From Rotaria socialis (lineage: Eukaryota): a stretch of 64,000 bases of DNA. Under the pieces are notes generated by a model. The model did not search any database. It was not told where the DNA came from and was given only the letters and a program-made list of their open reading frames with translations. The position numbers and the translations under genes were made by a program. The stretch lies in assembly GCA_905331295.1 (NCBI GenBank), contig CAJNYD010000357.1, positions 1 through 64,000 on the forward strand. The letters are read 5' to 3'. Shown one piece after another: positions 1 to 13,300 of this stretch (position 1 is its first letter; every line of letters starts with the position of its first letter).

Positions 1-779
1 GAGACAATTTTGATTTAAATGATTGTGTTGGTATCGAAATTCATTCTGTTGATCGAACAAATACAGATCCAAAATATTTGCCATGTATCATTGTTGAAAA
101 ATATGAAAGGAATAATATTTTTTTATTTAAATTGATTTGTCAATATGGGTCTTTGAACAACACCTTTGAAGCTGGGCAATTAATGAATCTGAAAGATGCT
201 TGTCCTAATGATTTGAAACTTGTTAATATTGACGATCTTAAGCCTATTACCATTATTGAGGCTTCAAGACTTTATTCTCGTGGTTCAACAACAGGACGTA
301 CTTGTAATTGTCGAGGCAATTGTGCGATGAAAACATGTCCATGTAAAAAAGAAAATGTTTTCTGCTCTACCAAATGTCATTCAAAGAGAGGTGGATGCTT
401 AAACATGGATTAAAAATAATTAGAACTAAATAATGTTTGTTAAAAAGTACTGTAAAATAAAAAAACCTATTCACACTTAGATTATTTCTCTTTCTTCGCG
501 TTCTTTTAACTATAAAAAAGATATTTGAATTTTGCCTAGTCAAAATTAAAATTATAATTTTGACTGAGAATATATTAGTCAAAATTAAAATTTTGAATTT
601 TGCCCAGTCAAAATTAAAATTAAAATTTTGAATTTTGCCCAGTCAAAATTAAAATTATAATTTTGACTGGAAATATATCAGTCAAAATTGAAATTTGAAT
701 TTTGCCTAGGCAGAATTCTAATTCTAATTTTGCCTAGTCAAATTTCAAATTTGACTGGATTTTAATTTTGCCTACAACA
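1..779 (+). mobile_element. Right end of a DNA transposon (Ginger-like TGT...ACA terminus) with subterminal repeat array
   Basis: Downstream of the ORF, 525-775 holds repeated TTTGCC(T/C)AGTCAAAATT units and inverted AATTTTGACT units. The array ends in GCCTACAACA at 779, directly followed by (TA)n. Confidence 0.6.
3..413 (+). CDS. C-terminal part of a KRBA2/SCAND3-like (Ginger2/TDD-type) integrase-transposase with a terminal Cys-rich motif; 5' truncated by the window edge
   Basis: Frame is open from base 3: DNFDLNDCVGIEIHSVDRTNTDPKYLPCII...CNCRGNCAMKTCPCKKENVFCSTKCH. The VDR..DP and CxC...C...CxC.....C...CH pattern resembles the C-termini of these integrases. The catalytic core is outside the window. 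Confidence 0.65.
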   Translation, partial: DNFDLNDCVGIEIHSVDRTNTDPKYLPCIIVEKYERNNIFLFKLICQYGSLNNTFEAGQLMNLKDACPNDLKLVNIDDLKPITIIEASRLYSRGSTTGRTCNCRGNCAMKTCPCKKENVFCSTKCHSKRGGCLNMD

Positions 780-800
780 TATATATATATATATATATAT
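780..800. repeat. (TA)n microsatellite
   Basis: About 10 perfect TA units directly after the element end. Confidence 0.95.
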
Positions 801-2611
801 TTCTGAATCATTTGATAATTGAATGTGATGAGTATATCTTGTTGCTTTTAATGAAAAATTGTTAAATATATAAATCTAAACGATTTAGTGATCGTTTAAA
901 GAAAGGATTCAACTTTGAGACGGAGAGCTTGATGCCTGTATAAATTGATGCTATTCATTGCCATCTTTACCATTGAGAAAAGTGTGTTCAATTGAGTATA
1001 TACGTTAATCTATTATGTGAATCGGGAAAGAGAATAGTAATAAAAATTTGACTTTATGAAAAAATCTTCTCCTTCTTTTTTATGCATCTTCGGGGTAAAA
1101 GGTTTTTGTTTAAACGGAAAATTTCGAAGTCTATCCGACGTGAGATGGTTGAACAATGGATTTCGATATTCTAGCAAAGATCGTTGTTTTACCTATTGAT
1201 GAAAAGAAAATGAGCATCTCATAAAAACATTTGCCAAATTCCTTTATTATCGATTTGATTATGATTGCATTATTAAAAATATGATTTTCTTTGTGATAAT
1301 CATCTACAAAATGAATATCATTCAGATGATCTAACAATCTAGCATGAGTATTATCTTATCATATCAGATATTTTTCTTTTTGTGTTATTACTATTGATAG
1401 ATAGTTCAATTAATGCTAATACATTTAAGCGTATAAATAATAATTTATTTATGTCAGTTAGAATTAAAATTGATCTTAATGTCGACTGTTTCATTTATTA
1501 GTTTAATTGGACGTTTAAACAAAGCATTTTCAAGAGTAGATCTTTCAAATTATTTTAGTCAAAATTTCTCATATTTGGCAAATATTTTCTGATCTCTTCT
1601 ATATACTTGTCAGGTTTAGCAACAATTTATTTTAGATATTGAGCCATTTATATTTGAATGTTTATCATATTTAGAAAACAAAAAAAAATGATTTGAGAAA
1701 ACTAATCTGATAGACTAGAGATTACAATAAGTAAACATATTTTCTAATATTCTCATTAAAGAGGTAAATATATCTTATCAGATATATGCCTGCGATTTAC
1801 TCACATTAACTAGTGTGATCATGTCCTGTTGGCTAGTTTGTAGACCTTTTTATTTTAACATGTGGCATGATTCATAGTCTTGAAACTGGTTGTATTATCA
1901 AATATATTAAATTATCTAAATTAATAGAGTTTATCAAACTGGTGGCAATTAACTGTAATTGATAGTAGCGCATATTGTAGTATAAATAGTTATATGAAAC
2001 GTTAAAAGAAGATACGTCCTACACAAAAGCCATGAATTGAATCTAGTTTCACGTACATTTCTTTACGATAGAGTTCAAAACATTATCTCATAAAATTAAA
2101 ATTAAATTTTTTACTGAAAAAGTACTGGGGATCGTATACTACGTAGACATGCATATTTCTGGTGTTTATATTAAAGAAAAAGTATATTATTCGATTAAGT
2201 TTGGCAAAAAGCTTCGATAAAATAAAGAGAAGATGAAGCGTTTCAGATTTAATCAAGACTATGGAGCGAATTATAGTAGAAATTTTTCTTTCAAGTATTT
2301 CATGTAAAAAAACATCTGAACATTCATATTTTTACTTCTACTAACTTGACTTTATCAAAGATCGAACTGAATCATTCAATAAAACTCGTCAACGATATTT
2401 GGAATTCAATCTCTGCTAGCATTGCCTTACATATTGATGTTAAGCATAAGCTACTAATATAATGTCGGTTTAAAGTCACGATGACGGCTTTAATCTTAAT
2501 TGTCCTAAAAGAACATTTAACAGACACAAAAAGATTGAAATTATCCTATTTTTTCATTACTATTCTTCAATGCCATTTCTATTTTCATTGTTTTGATATG
2601 CTATATTTCCC

Positions 2612-2836
2612 ACCCAGTCAGACAAGCGTTGAAACAACGATGTTTTTTACGCGCAAAAAGCGCACACTTCAGTGTTTCATGAAGTTTGAGTGCTTTTCAG
2701 AAAATTGAGGAAGCTTGCGAATGACAGCATTGAGAAGGTCATTTGATTCGAAACAAAAAAACTCGTTTTAACGGATCAAAATGTGCGCTTTTTATGCGTA
2801 AAAACACCGTTTTTTTCAACGGTTGTCTGATTGGGT
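2612..2836. mobile_element. MITE (~225 bp) with long imperfect TIRs
   Basis: Left ACCCAGTCAGACAAGCGTTGAAACAACG versus reverse complement of right ACCCAATCAGACAACCGTTGAAAAAACG; similarity extends inward to AAAAAGCGCACA / TGTGCGCTTTTT. Confidence 0.8.
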
Positions 2837-3534
2837 ATAAATTGTGACGATATTTGGCTTAAAGTTATTTTAAATTTCTTTCGAGCAGAAAAACAGAAAA
2901 TGCTGAAGTACAAAAATTCATTATTTCACAAACTACTTCCCAATTCAAATGTCAGGACAATCGGAACAATATTTTGTTTTTATTTCTATTCGTAGTACCT
3001 CCTTTGTTTTTAAATAATTTCATCGGATCAATTTCTTTCTGCAACAATATTGCAAGAAAAATTGAGTAGTATATAAGACTATTCTAGTCTTTTTGTAATA
3101 ATATCATCAAATTCAATGCATTTTGTGCTGTACTGTGCAGAATATCTTAATGAGTAGAATTATGAACTCGATCTGACTTGCAACAAAAGTTAAAATCAAG
3201 TATAGTTCAGCTTGAGAACTTGAAAAAAAACTATTTCCATTAAGCATTTTAAGATATCCAGGAGCGATGCATGCCAAGACTGAAAGACTTTTCTTAATTA
3301 CAAGTCGATCTATAAAATATCATCTCTTTTGACTCCATACTTAGCTTCATTTAGTGTCAAGAATGTGACAAAGAAATACTACCGCTGACTTCAAACTGTT
3401 CATATCTACCATTATTTTCAATTAAACTGACGTTCCATAGAAAAACACGTACGAGCAAAAAAATCAGCTCTTGTTAAAAAAAGAGAGCAATAAGCGATGA
3501 AACATTTTGAACCATTCAAAGCTTATCAAAGATA

Positions 3535-4533
3535 ATGGAAGGATTGCATATAACTGCAGCTGTTCTAGGAGTATTAATTTATACTGCTGGATTTATTGGA
3601 AACTTTTTATCATTGTTCATTTTCATGCAAAAAGAAGTACGTAAAGTGTCAACCGGTCTTATTTTTTTACTACTGGCTATATTCAGTACAATTCATCTGT
3701 TTTCATTAATTGTTGAATTTATTGCAACCATTTCTGGCTTCGTACTTGTTCGAAACAGTATATTTCGATGCCAATTCATACTGTGGTTACAAAATGTAAC
3801 ACGTTCAATCTGCTCATTTTTAGCGGTTACTGTATCATTAGATCGTTTTCTACGCTCAGAATATCCAATTAAATCACGTATCTGGTGTACAACAATGAAT
3901 GTTGCTAAACTTTGTGTGATCTATTGTTTATTTTACATGCTATTATATGCAATTTTTTTTGATCCACGCAATGTTATGGATAGTAATGACCAATGTTCAT
4001 TTCCATATGACGATACATTTCGTCTAATAATTCTTACCATTATGCCATCCGTTCGTTTTGTATTAATTTGTATAATCCCAGTTATTCTTATGGGTATATT
4101 TGGTGGACGTATGCTTTATAATATTAAACGAGTGAAAAAACGAATTGCACAACAAAAAATGGTACGAAATGCAGCTATCGCTACTATTGCGATTCCAGAA
4201 TCCACCCGAAATGTAAAACATACTGGCAATCAAAATCGTGCAAAAACGCTCGATCGCATGTTACTTTTAATGGTTTTTACAAATATAATATCATATATAA
4301 TAACACAAACACCATTTAACATTTATACTGTTTATTATGGCTCTGAAGCATCAGACAGTTATAAAGCATATGCATTAATGAGAGCGTTTCTTCTTCTATG
4401 GAGTTCAATCTATTTTGGTATTGGTTTTTACGCATATTTTATAACTGCAACACAATTTCGGAAACAATTCTTCTCAAATATGAAATACATTTTCACTTTT
4501 AATCAACCTTTACAACATCAGTCGAACACATAA
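3535..4533 (+). CDS. Orphan rhodopsin-like (class A) GPCR, single exon, 332 aa
   Basis: Seven hydrophobic segments, GN in TM1 (GFIGNFLS), SLDRF (DRY-like) after TM3, P in TM6 (TQTPF), and F(R)xxF helix 8. Confidence 0.85.
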   Translation: MEGLHITAAVLGVLIYTAGFIGNFLSLFIFMQKEVRKVSTGLIFLLLAIFSTIHLFSLIVEFIATISGFVLVRNSIFRCQFILWLQNVTRSICSFLAVTVSLDRFLRSEYPIKSRIWCTTMNVAKLCVIYCLFYMLLYAIFFDPRNVMDSNDQCSFPYDDTFRLIILTIMPSVRFVLICIIPVILMGIFGGRMLYNIKRVKKRIAQQKMVRNAAIATIAIPESTRNVKHTGNQNRAKTLDRMLLLMVFTNIISYIITQTPFNIYTVYYGSEASDSYKAYALMRAFLLLWSSIYFGIGFYAYFITATQFRKQFFSNMKYIFTFNQPLQHQSNT

Positions 4534-5949
4534 AAGAGCTATTCAAGAAAAATAAACCTAACTAATTTCCTTTCGCATTTTTCATCTTCTCCAAATATTT
4601 ATTTTATTGTAAAAATACTAGTAGATATTGAAAACAAGCATACCATATATACGTATATTTAACAACCCAGTGAAACATAAATCTTTAAAAAAGTTGGTTT
4701 TAAGAGAAAGTTTTTAGAAGCTCATAGAAAATGCCAAGAAACTTCTCTAGTAGGTGCATATCGTGTAACTCATTGTAGAAAAGGGTTTTGGATATCGAAT
4801 TTCTTTTGTCATACAGATTATCCAAAACAAAACAAAAAATGTTCTTTAAAGTTTAAATATTGCAACAATGAAATGTTTGATATGACTAACAGTTTCAACT
4901 ACAAACCCATAGATTCTTTGCAATGCAATTCTCATAGAGCTAGATTTTAAGTGAATGTGTATACTTTTAAAAGCGAAATATAGCTAAATTTTTATCATTG
5001 ACCGTTATCATCAATAGCAAATACACTTAGGTAAAGATCAGTTGGATAGCTGCAAACGTTCACTCATAGGTAATCCATCAAATTATCTATACTCAATCAT
5101 GTTTATATGACTTTAGTACACAAACATTTTTATTTACTCATGAGAATTAATTCAATTGTTTATCTAAACGAATAAACAGACAACATACTGACCGATATCT
5201 AAATCATTAGTAAACATTTGAGTTCTATTAATTCTTGCAATTTATTTTTGTATCTTTAGCATGCTGCTACCAGAACTGTTGAGAAAATATATTTTATTTT
5301 TTTTAGAATACATGATAAGTAATCATTCAAACGGTTACACAGATAATTGCCATTCACAACTTCCTCATTCAGTTAGTCTCTAACAAAAATATTGAACTGA
5401 TATATAAACTCGAAAATTTAAATATAGAGATTTCCGACAAAAGCATTCTAATTTCAGCTGTACAGTATATTGCAATTGCATTACTTTCCAGAAAAATAAC
5501 TTTCTAGCGACTAAACATGGGATCAATTTTTTTCCGTTTTTTACTAACTTTAACCTCATGTAAAAACAAATAAGGGTAAAATCAGATTATAATAGATTTT
5601 AATTAGCTAAAATCGGTTATAATCGGTGCCACAGTTGTTTCCCAATACTACCGCTTAGAACAAATTTCAGTTGATTTTTATCTGTTTTTAATCAATCACA
5701 AATCACACTAACATCTGATTCAAAGTAATTGTGATCGTTTGAGATTGACATCAGACACATAATAACATCTCATCAACTACTTCCAGTAACGCTGATTTAC
5801 AATTAGCAAGATTAGACTAATTTTTACTTTCATGAAAGTACTCTCTCAAAAATTCATCAATATTCTATAAATTACATTACTCAGCATTTTTACTTCCTCA
5901 ACAAAATATACTTCTACTTCCTTATTTTCTGCTAACTCTATTCCACTCT

Positions 5950-6178
5950 CCCCTGACGACTCCGTGGGGAGAATCCGGGATTTGCCTGGGGAGAATTGAT
6001 GAGATATCTAAATAAAAAAAAACTCGTTAATTTTTTAAATTTAAAAAAATTAAAAAGAATTTATTAAGTAATTAGATATTTCATCCATTTTCCCCAGACA
6101 ACTCCCCGGGGAATCCCCGCTAAACAGCGAAATTCCTAGGGACTATCTGGAGATTCTTCTAGGGGAAGTTGACTAGGG
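5950..6178. mobile_element. Degenerate MITE-like inverted-repeat element
   Basis: GC-rich island with internal inverted repeat TGCCTGGGGAGAATTGATGAGATATCTAA versus TTAGATATTTCATCCATTTTCCCCAGACA around an AT-rich spacer; CCC...GGG ends are weakly matched. Confidence 0.5.
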
Positions 6179-6907
6179 AAACGAACTGGTGATACTGCTC
6201 TCCGAGAAAAAGGAAGACATCAATGAAAACAATCGCTATCAAAACGAACAACAAATTTGAACATATTCCATTTGAATCAATGGAGCAAAACAAAATTTAT
6301 CCTTAATATTCGTTTTGAAGCGAAAGGAAGAAATAACGAAAAATCAACTCAACTTTGTATTAAAAGGAAACCTGTATTATAACCCAGGAATGTGGAGGTT
6401 TTGTGTAATCAATTACTTTTATGGGAAGTACGGTAAAGAGTGTTACATTTTTTTCTTTGAAAGGGGTTTCATGTTTCAGGCTATCGTGTATTACATCAGA
6501 TTTTCGATGCGATTTTCCAGATAATTGAATCGTTGTTCTAAATTCAAACCAGGTCATATATGTTGAAATCGCGTTGTTCATGTGCATAAAAAACCTTGTT
6601 CAGCGTCTCAGGTTCTGTCTTGTTCTTACATATATCGAATCTAAATAGGTTGTTCCATCATTTTTGTGGAACTCACATATATTTTCGAAGAAAATGATGA
6701 GTGTAAATTTAAAAGCGAGATTTTTGCGGCTCCCAACCCAATCCTCCTCTCCAATACAGATATTAATGAGTTTAAAATTGTGCTAATTAGGAGTTTGAGT
6801 AATTATACTGGTATTTCTTCCTTTTTCAATTACAGCCTGCACTAAAAAAGCAATACTTGCCAATTACAGACCATAGTAACTAGCTTAGTGTACCATTACA
6901 GGAGTAA

Positions 6908-7203
6908 TCCAGGTCGAACAGTCCGGCCTGGAAGCGACCGGTTCCGGGTAGTCCCGTTGATTTTGTGCAAGCAGTATACCAGTTGGAAAATTTTCGGATT
7001 TTTTCTGGTGATTTCCGATCAATTCCTGCCAGAAAGCACTGGAACTTGACAGGAATCCGCCGGAATAGTCCGGCCGGATTTTTGACAGGAATACTGCTTC
7101 CATGTCCCAGTGATTTCCCGTGTTTTCTGCAGCATTTGGTGACTTTCCCGCATATTTCTTGGAGTATCCTACGGGATCCGGTGACCGGAATGTTCGACCT
7201 GGG
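6908..7203. mobile_element. MITE (~296 bp), GC-rich with CCGG-rich interior
   Basis: Left TCCAGGTCGAACAGTCCGG versus reverse complement of right CCCAGGTCGAACATTCCGG (17/19 identical). Confidence 0.8.
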
Positions 7204-9324
7204 TAGCTGCTTAATTCGACTTCGAATATAAATGAAAAAAAACACTTTCATGTTTTCACGCCATCGCCGGGAAAAGACTTGGTTTTTTTACAAATTATGA
7301 AATTTACAAATCGACTTCACTCCCATTTATGATTCAGGAATAGATTTAGATATTCGTTTTTTGTAAGCTACAAAATTTATATTTTCGAAGTCAAATGTAC
7401 TGAGAACGTTGATATTGTAGTAAGTCAGGCTTGTCAGATAGTCATAATTCTCGTATAGACTTTAGAGAAATGTGTATAAATACATTTAGTGGAATTAAAA
7501 TGTTTTTGGATGGAAGATTTTGTAAAGGCTCTCATTTGGGGAATGTATAATAGTAGAACTAATAGTTAGTCTGCTAAGCAATTAGATAGCTTACATAGAC
7601 TGGCTGCTGTACTTTGTTGTCGTAGCATGGTTATACATTTAATAGAATGATATTTTTTAATATATTATATTTTCTAATGAAGAAGTATGACAATAATCAT
7701 CAGTGAAGAATATAATAATATAGAAGATGTTAATAATAAATAATAGCACTGATAATAACCGGGAAGAAGAAAAACCAACAACTGCGTAATAGCGAACGAA
7801 AATCAATCACGGAGTAGTCATAGTAGAAATATGCCGTAACAAATCAAAATAGAGATTATAGCAACCGATAACACGAAGAAACGCTTTGCGCCAGTGAGTG
7901 TCATCTACTGGCGCTAACAGATTTTGATTTCTTTTGTGTGGGGTTCTAATATTGCTGCTGAAGAATGTGTTTTATTGAGAGCAGCAATTAAGAAAATCGC
8001 GTCTGATTGTTGGTTTTGAATTGTAGTGGTTTTAAGTGTTCTAGTATATGTGGTAGTATGAGTATCTATCTTCCGACGTTGCCTTCGAATAGGCAATTTT
8101 TTTCGCATGGTAGTGTATTGGATTGTTTTCATTGACTCGTTGCGTAGTCGACGGTGAACGTAAGTGTGTTTTGACTATTGTGCGTTCCATTCTGTATACT
8201 TTCGATTGTGCGGATGAAAAGCTTGAGTGCATTGTATGAGCTTGATTTATGAGTTCGTTTCATTTCGCCATTGTTTTCTTTCTCTCTGCTTTGTATGAAG
8301 TTGCTATAAATAGGTAGTTTACATAGTGCTTCACAAAATTAGAATGTATTTTATTTCGTTCACTTTTATGGCAAGTCAAATGCTTTAATTTTAGGCATAA
8401 ATCATTTAGCAGATATTCTTCCTATGGAACTTATAACATTGCATTATATTATATAATTGGATTGTTTCTTGTTTTATTCCGGTGTGCCGCATAGGAAGGG
8501 TGTGGAGTGTGCCTGTGCAGGTAGACTCGCGTGTCCGCCTTTCTTCACACCCACACTTGTCATGTTGTGTGTGGGTGTGTATAGACCGGCATGTCCGGCT
8601 TTCCTCAAAGCCACACTTGGATCTTATCATTGGTGGGATCCATGGGGCCCTTATGGTTGAATTGGTGAAGCTGATATTTGTTGAGCGTATAGACCTTACT
8701 GGTTTGTAAATCTAAAGAAAATTTTAGCACGATGGAATTAGCTGTTCTTGAGATGTAGTGTAGTCAAAATCAGATTTGGTGAAGCTTGAAATTCGAAGGT
8801 TTAAATTTGAAACTTGAAGTTTCAGTTGAATCCAAGTTTCAAGTATGAGATATATGAATTTATAAGCAAAAATTATATGCCTTCGCGATTGATAAATATT
8901 AATCATGAAGAAATTCACATTTGCATCAGTTACGCAGCCCAAATTGTTTCAGACAAGCGCCGCTGCAGTGTTCTGCACTTCAGGAAATCTATCCGATAAG
9001 TACTCATGTAAGAACATAAATTATCTTCGACAAGAACGCTTATTCTACGTTATAATGGTTGTGAACTCCCTAACAACGACTTGATGAAGGCCAACGTTTC
9101 AGAATAAGATAGCACAATACATAAAGAAAAAAACTTGAATATTACGTGCGATACCAAACGGGAAAATCTGAATATAACCTCTCTCAAACTTAACTCCTAG
9201 TTGGGTTTTGAATTTAGCTATTTTAACCTACATACAATTCAGTTCGCTCTATAATGCATTCAAAAGCAAAATTGATTCTAATATATGATTAGTAGTAGGA
9301 GTTTATTTTAAACGAATCTAATCT

Positions 9325-9669
9325 CAATAGTTATAATCGATTCGAGAAACGAATCAATTGCTGTGGATTTTAAGTGCGAAAAAAATAATAAAATACTTAT
9401 GAAAATCAATTCTAATTGATAAATAAAAACCATAGACAATCGATTGTAGTCGCTTTAATCGATTTTATGCGATTAAAGTAAAAAAATCGATTATAATTGA
9501 TGAAAAATCTTTGATTCCTAATCAACTTCTAAAAAAATCGATTAGCCTTCAATTTAATCAGAAAAAAATCATAATTGCTCGGTTTTTATCAATTATTTGT
9601 GATGCGAATCGATTATAATCAAAAATGTGTTGATTTTTCACGTCAATTGTTTTACATGGGACTGACCTA
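9325..9669. repeat. AATCGATT-motif array, probably the subterminal region of a decayed non-autonomous DNA transposon
   Basis: Many copies of AATCGATT/AATCAATT; ends in GGGACTGACCTA (reverse complement TAGGTCAGTCCC, hAT-like TAG start). No matching left end identified. Confidence 0.35.
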
Positions 9670-10393
9670 TTGAAATTGGTGTTTTTAATAATCGAGCCCA
9701 AATAGGATGACCTAGATACTGTGAAAAAGTTAATACTCTTCATATGAGTATTCTATATGAGTCATGTTATATGGATATTTAATCAGACTAAGATGTTTCT
9801 AAACATAATGAATATCTCATTCATTGTTGTCTTTTTTAAACCCACCTATATTTCTTATTTCATATACAATTTCATACACGTGTGAGCGCGTTCATATGCA
9901 CGAAAATGATCACAAAAAAAAAGAGAAAAACAAACATACAAAAGTCGCTCAACATAAACAAAAAAAACAGACACAGGCATGGACATACATTTAAACATCA
10001 AGCGAGCAGCATTCAATAAATATGAGCACAGCAAAGATCATAAGACAGAAGAAAAGAAAACTTTCTAACTATCTTAAGAAGTTCTCATTTTATTTGTTTC
10101 TTTTTCCGCTATTTTCAGAAGTATTTTATCAGAGAGATGATGCCGATAAGTGATGTGGCGATCATATACGAAAAACCTCCTTGGATAATAAACAAGAAAG
10201 CAAATGTGCAATAAAGTTCAAGTAAAAAAATAAGAGATTTAAAACAAACACAAAGATGCGTGCGCTGTAGGAGATATTTCTAACTGTTACATGATCAATG
10301 AAGGAAGATACGAAAAGAAAACGGATAAATCGGTTAGATCACAATGCGGAAATATATGAGTATAAGCAGCAGTCACTTTCTTTTGTATTTTTT

Positions 10394-13300
10394 TTATGTT
10401 GTATCAAGTCTGATTAATCGTAATTTTGCTGAATCAACAAGTACAGTTGCGGCCTCATTTGTTCCACCACAGTAATGTGATGATGAAAAAACAGTTAAGA
10501 GACGGCCACTCAATTGTACCTAGAGTTTTTCGATGAAGTAAAGCATATATTTCATTTTTTTAAATAAACTGAAGTTATTTTTTTTCTATTACTTTGAAAC
10601 CAACTTGTTGTACTTCATGAGCACGTATAACATGTGTAAAATTATTCTTATCGAGGAAAGCTAGCAGTGCTTCACATGTAAAATAATTTCCAGTACTTCT
10701 TCGTGTATTATTAAAAAAACCACCGTTAGCACCATTAGGTATTTGACCAATAGTATTTGTATCAATTGAGAAGGGATCATTCCACATTATTTCCCAGGCT
10801 AAAGGTGATTCGTTTTCAGGATCAATCAACGGTACAACGACATCATTCACAGTAGAAATGAAATCACCAGGACAAGATGTAGGACTTGGAATGCCCCCAT
10901 GTAAACAAAGAATCTATTACAAGATATTAAAAAATATCGATTATGACGCTGATATGAATTACACAAGTGGCATACTTTATCATCAATGACTGCAGCAAGT
11001 GGTAATACATCAAACACCGAATTGATTGAGTCCCATACTTCTTTACCAAGTATATCACCAAATTTGCCAATACATTCTCTACGGACAGAATAGTTTATGG
11101 TAATTCATGAATGCTTAACAATAACAAGAATTAAACACAATGTTTCAGATATTTCAAAAACAATTTATGTGTAGGTGTCAGATAAATATGTTGATTTAAT
11201 CTTAAAAATGCGTTTTATAAAATTTACTTAAGCAAAATTCCAGTGAACAACACTTGGTACGCAGGAAGTGCTTTAAGTGTGCAATATGACTTTAAATTCA
11301 AGAGAAAAGAAAACAAAAGTGGTTGGCAAAGTATTTAGTGAAAGAATTTATTCTTAGCCTATGGAAGGGAATATCTGTAACTCTTATATGTATAGAAGAA
11401 ATTTAGTAAATCACTGAATAAATATAGTATTGAATATTTCTATCATACTTTGACTGAATGCATTGACAATTTTAGTATTGATAGCAGAATATTCTTAAGA
11501 GAAACATTACCAAAATGGTATTTTAAAATTTCATTAAATAATTTGCATCTTTAATAGATATTATTTGCCGTCATAATATCAATCTTACACATAAAAACAG
11601 TTGTCGAGAAATTTGTTACTTACTTGTAATACCCTTTGATATATTATATATATGACTTATAGAAAATCTTCTATTCATATAAAAGTATGAACTCATTTAG
11701 CTAAAGCGTAATAAAGAGAATCAATTTTTTTGCTCGGTCAGTGACATATTCCATACGTTCTATAATCTTTTCAAGCTGCTTAAATTATGGAGTTTGTGAA
11801 CAAAAAAGGACTAGCCTCACCAATATTGATTTTGTTTGAAAACAAAATCAATTTTTTACAGCATAAAATATTGTCAAATTAAGTTACTGAGCGGGGAAAG
11901 TTGAGTGGAAAATTGAGTCTAATATAACATAAACAGTATTATTATAGTGCTTTAGCACGATTTTCTTACTCAACATTATCGTTTGTGGTGAAATGCGAAA
12001 ACCTATTGTTATACATTTTCTCCAAAATAAATTTTTAGTTTTATCTCTTCGTTTATATAAAAAAACAAGTTCTCTATAAAGCTCAAAAAGATTTATTTCT
12101 CAACAACAACTTCACTGAAATGATAGCTTACTTGAAAAAGCTAAACATTTGCTGCACTTTTCTTATTTCATGATTTCCACGTAGCAGTATCACTTTCTTT
12201 GGACATTGATATTTTGCTGCTAATAAATAAATAATAACCTGAAAGAGAAATTTTTTCTGTCATTAAAAAATCTGTTAAATTTTTCACTAAAAAAATCTTT
12301 ACTTCAAGTCCATGAATACCACGATCAACATAATCACCAAGAAATAGAAATGATGCTGGCGATAGAAGTGGTGTTGCACGCCAGAGAGATTTTTCAAAAC
12401 AAACTAAATCTTGGTAATTTCCATGAATATCACCCAGTACATAACAAGGTGATGTTAATTTAACACATCGTGGTTCACGTCGAATTATTTCTCTCACTTC
12501 TCTACATAAACTAACGACATTTTTCGCTAAATTGATGAATGCACTCGGTGTCCACATCAAAGCATCTTTTGTTTGATCACGTTTTTCAAAGAAACGTAAT
12601 AAATCTTGAATATCCGTTGCTACTGTTTTCTACAATTATCAAAACGAATATTCATAAAACAATAAACAATGCGAATATTTTCTTACTCGATCAAATATTT
12701 CTTCGGACGGTGACCGAGGTAAATTTCTCAATGCATTTTCTGTTGTTGTACTTAATTGATCACTACGATTCATTGAACGTAATGATTCGACTTGAGCAAG
12801 TGTGCCAGATTTTTTCAGTGTAACACAATGATCAGCTATTTCATAATTTACATTTGACTGTCCTGAAATATATATTAAAAAGTCAAACAAACATTAATTT
12901 ATTAATTTTTATTCAAAATTGAAGTCCTTGTTTTTTCTTACCACGATCAAGTTGGTTGTCTGTTTTCACATCTTTATATCGTCTAAACTTATTCAGATGA
13001 AGAAAAAAAAAGACATTGAAAAAGAAAATATTTACCTGCACATTCGTAATAAATCTTGCACATTAGTACTGAGACGAAATAGAACAGATGTTCCACGATA
13101 TTTTAATTGACCAACAGAATTTAAAAAATCAGTTAATTGTAATAGACTATTATTTTGCACGTTAAAAGAACTAGAATATATATTAAATGTTAGAAAATAT
13201 CTATAGATAATCATCTTACATACTTAAAAGCAGAAAGAATTTCACTGTTTGGTGGAGTATCATTATTTGTTTTACCAGCTCGGAGAGTGTAAACATCAGT

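Noticed and set aside
525..775. Regularly spaced repeats resembling a CRISPR array
   Set aside because: Eukaryotic context, no unique spacers, mixed orientation; better explained as transposon subterminal repeats.
840..1340. Short - strand ORF fragments (1131-1337) that might be a TE relic
   Set aside because: No recognisable motif.
6880..7251. Three overlapping ORFs of 72-123 aa
   Set aside because: They arise from the GC-rich MITE interior and have no protein-like features.
9073..9105. Hammerhead-ribozyme-like TTGATGAAGGCC...AACGTT (Penelope pLTR style)
   Set aside because: It lacks the CTGANGA core and the second stem II arm with GAAA, so it cannot be folded convincingly.
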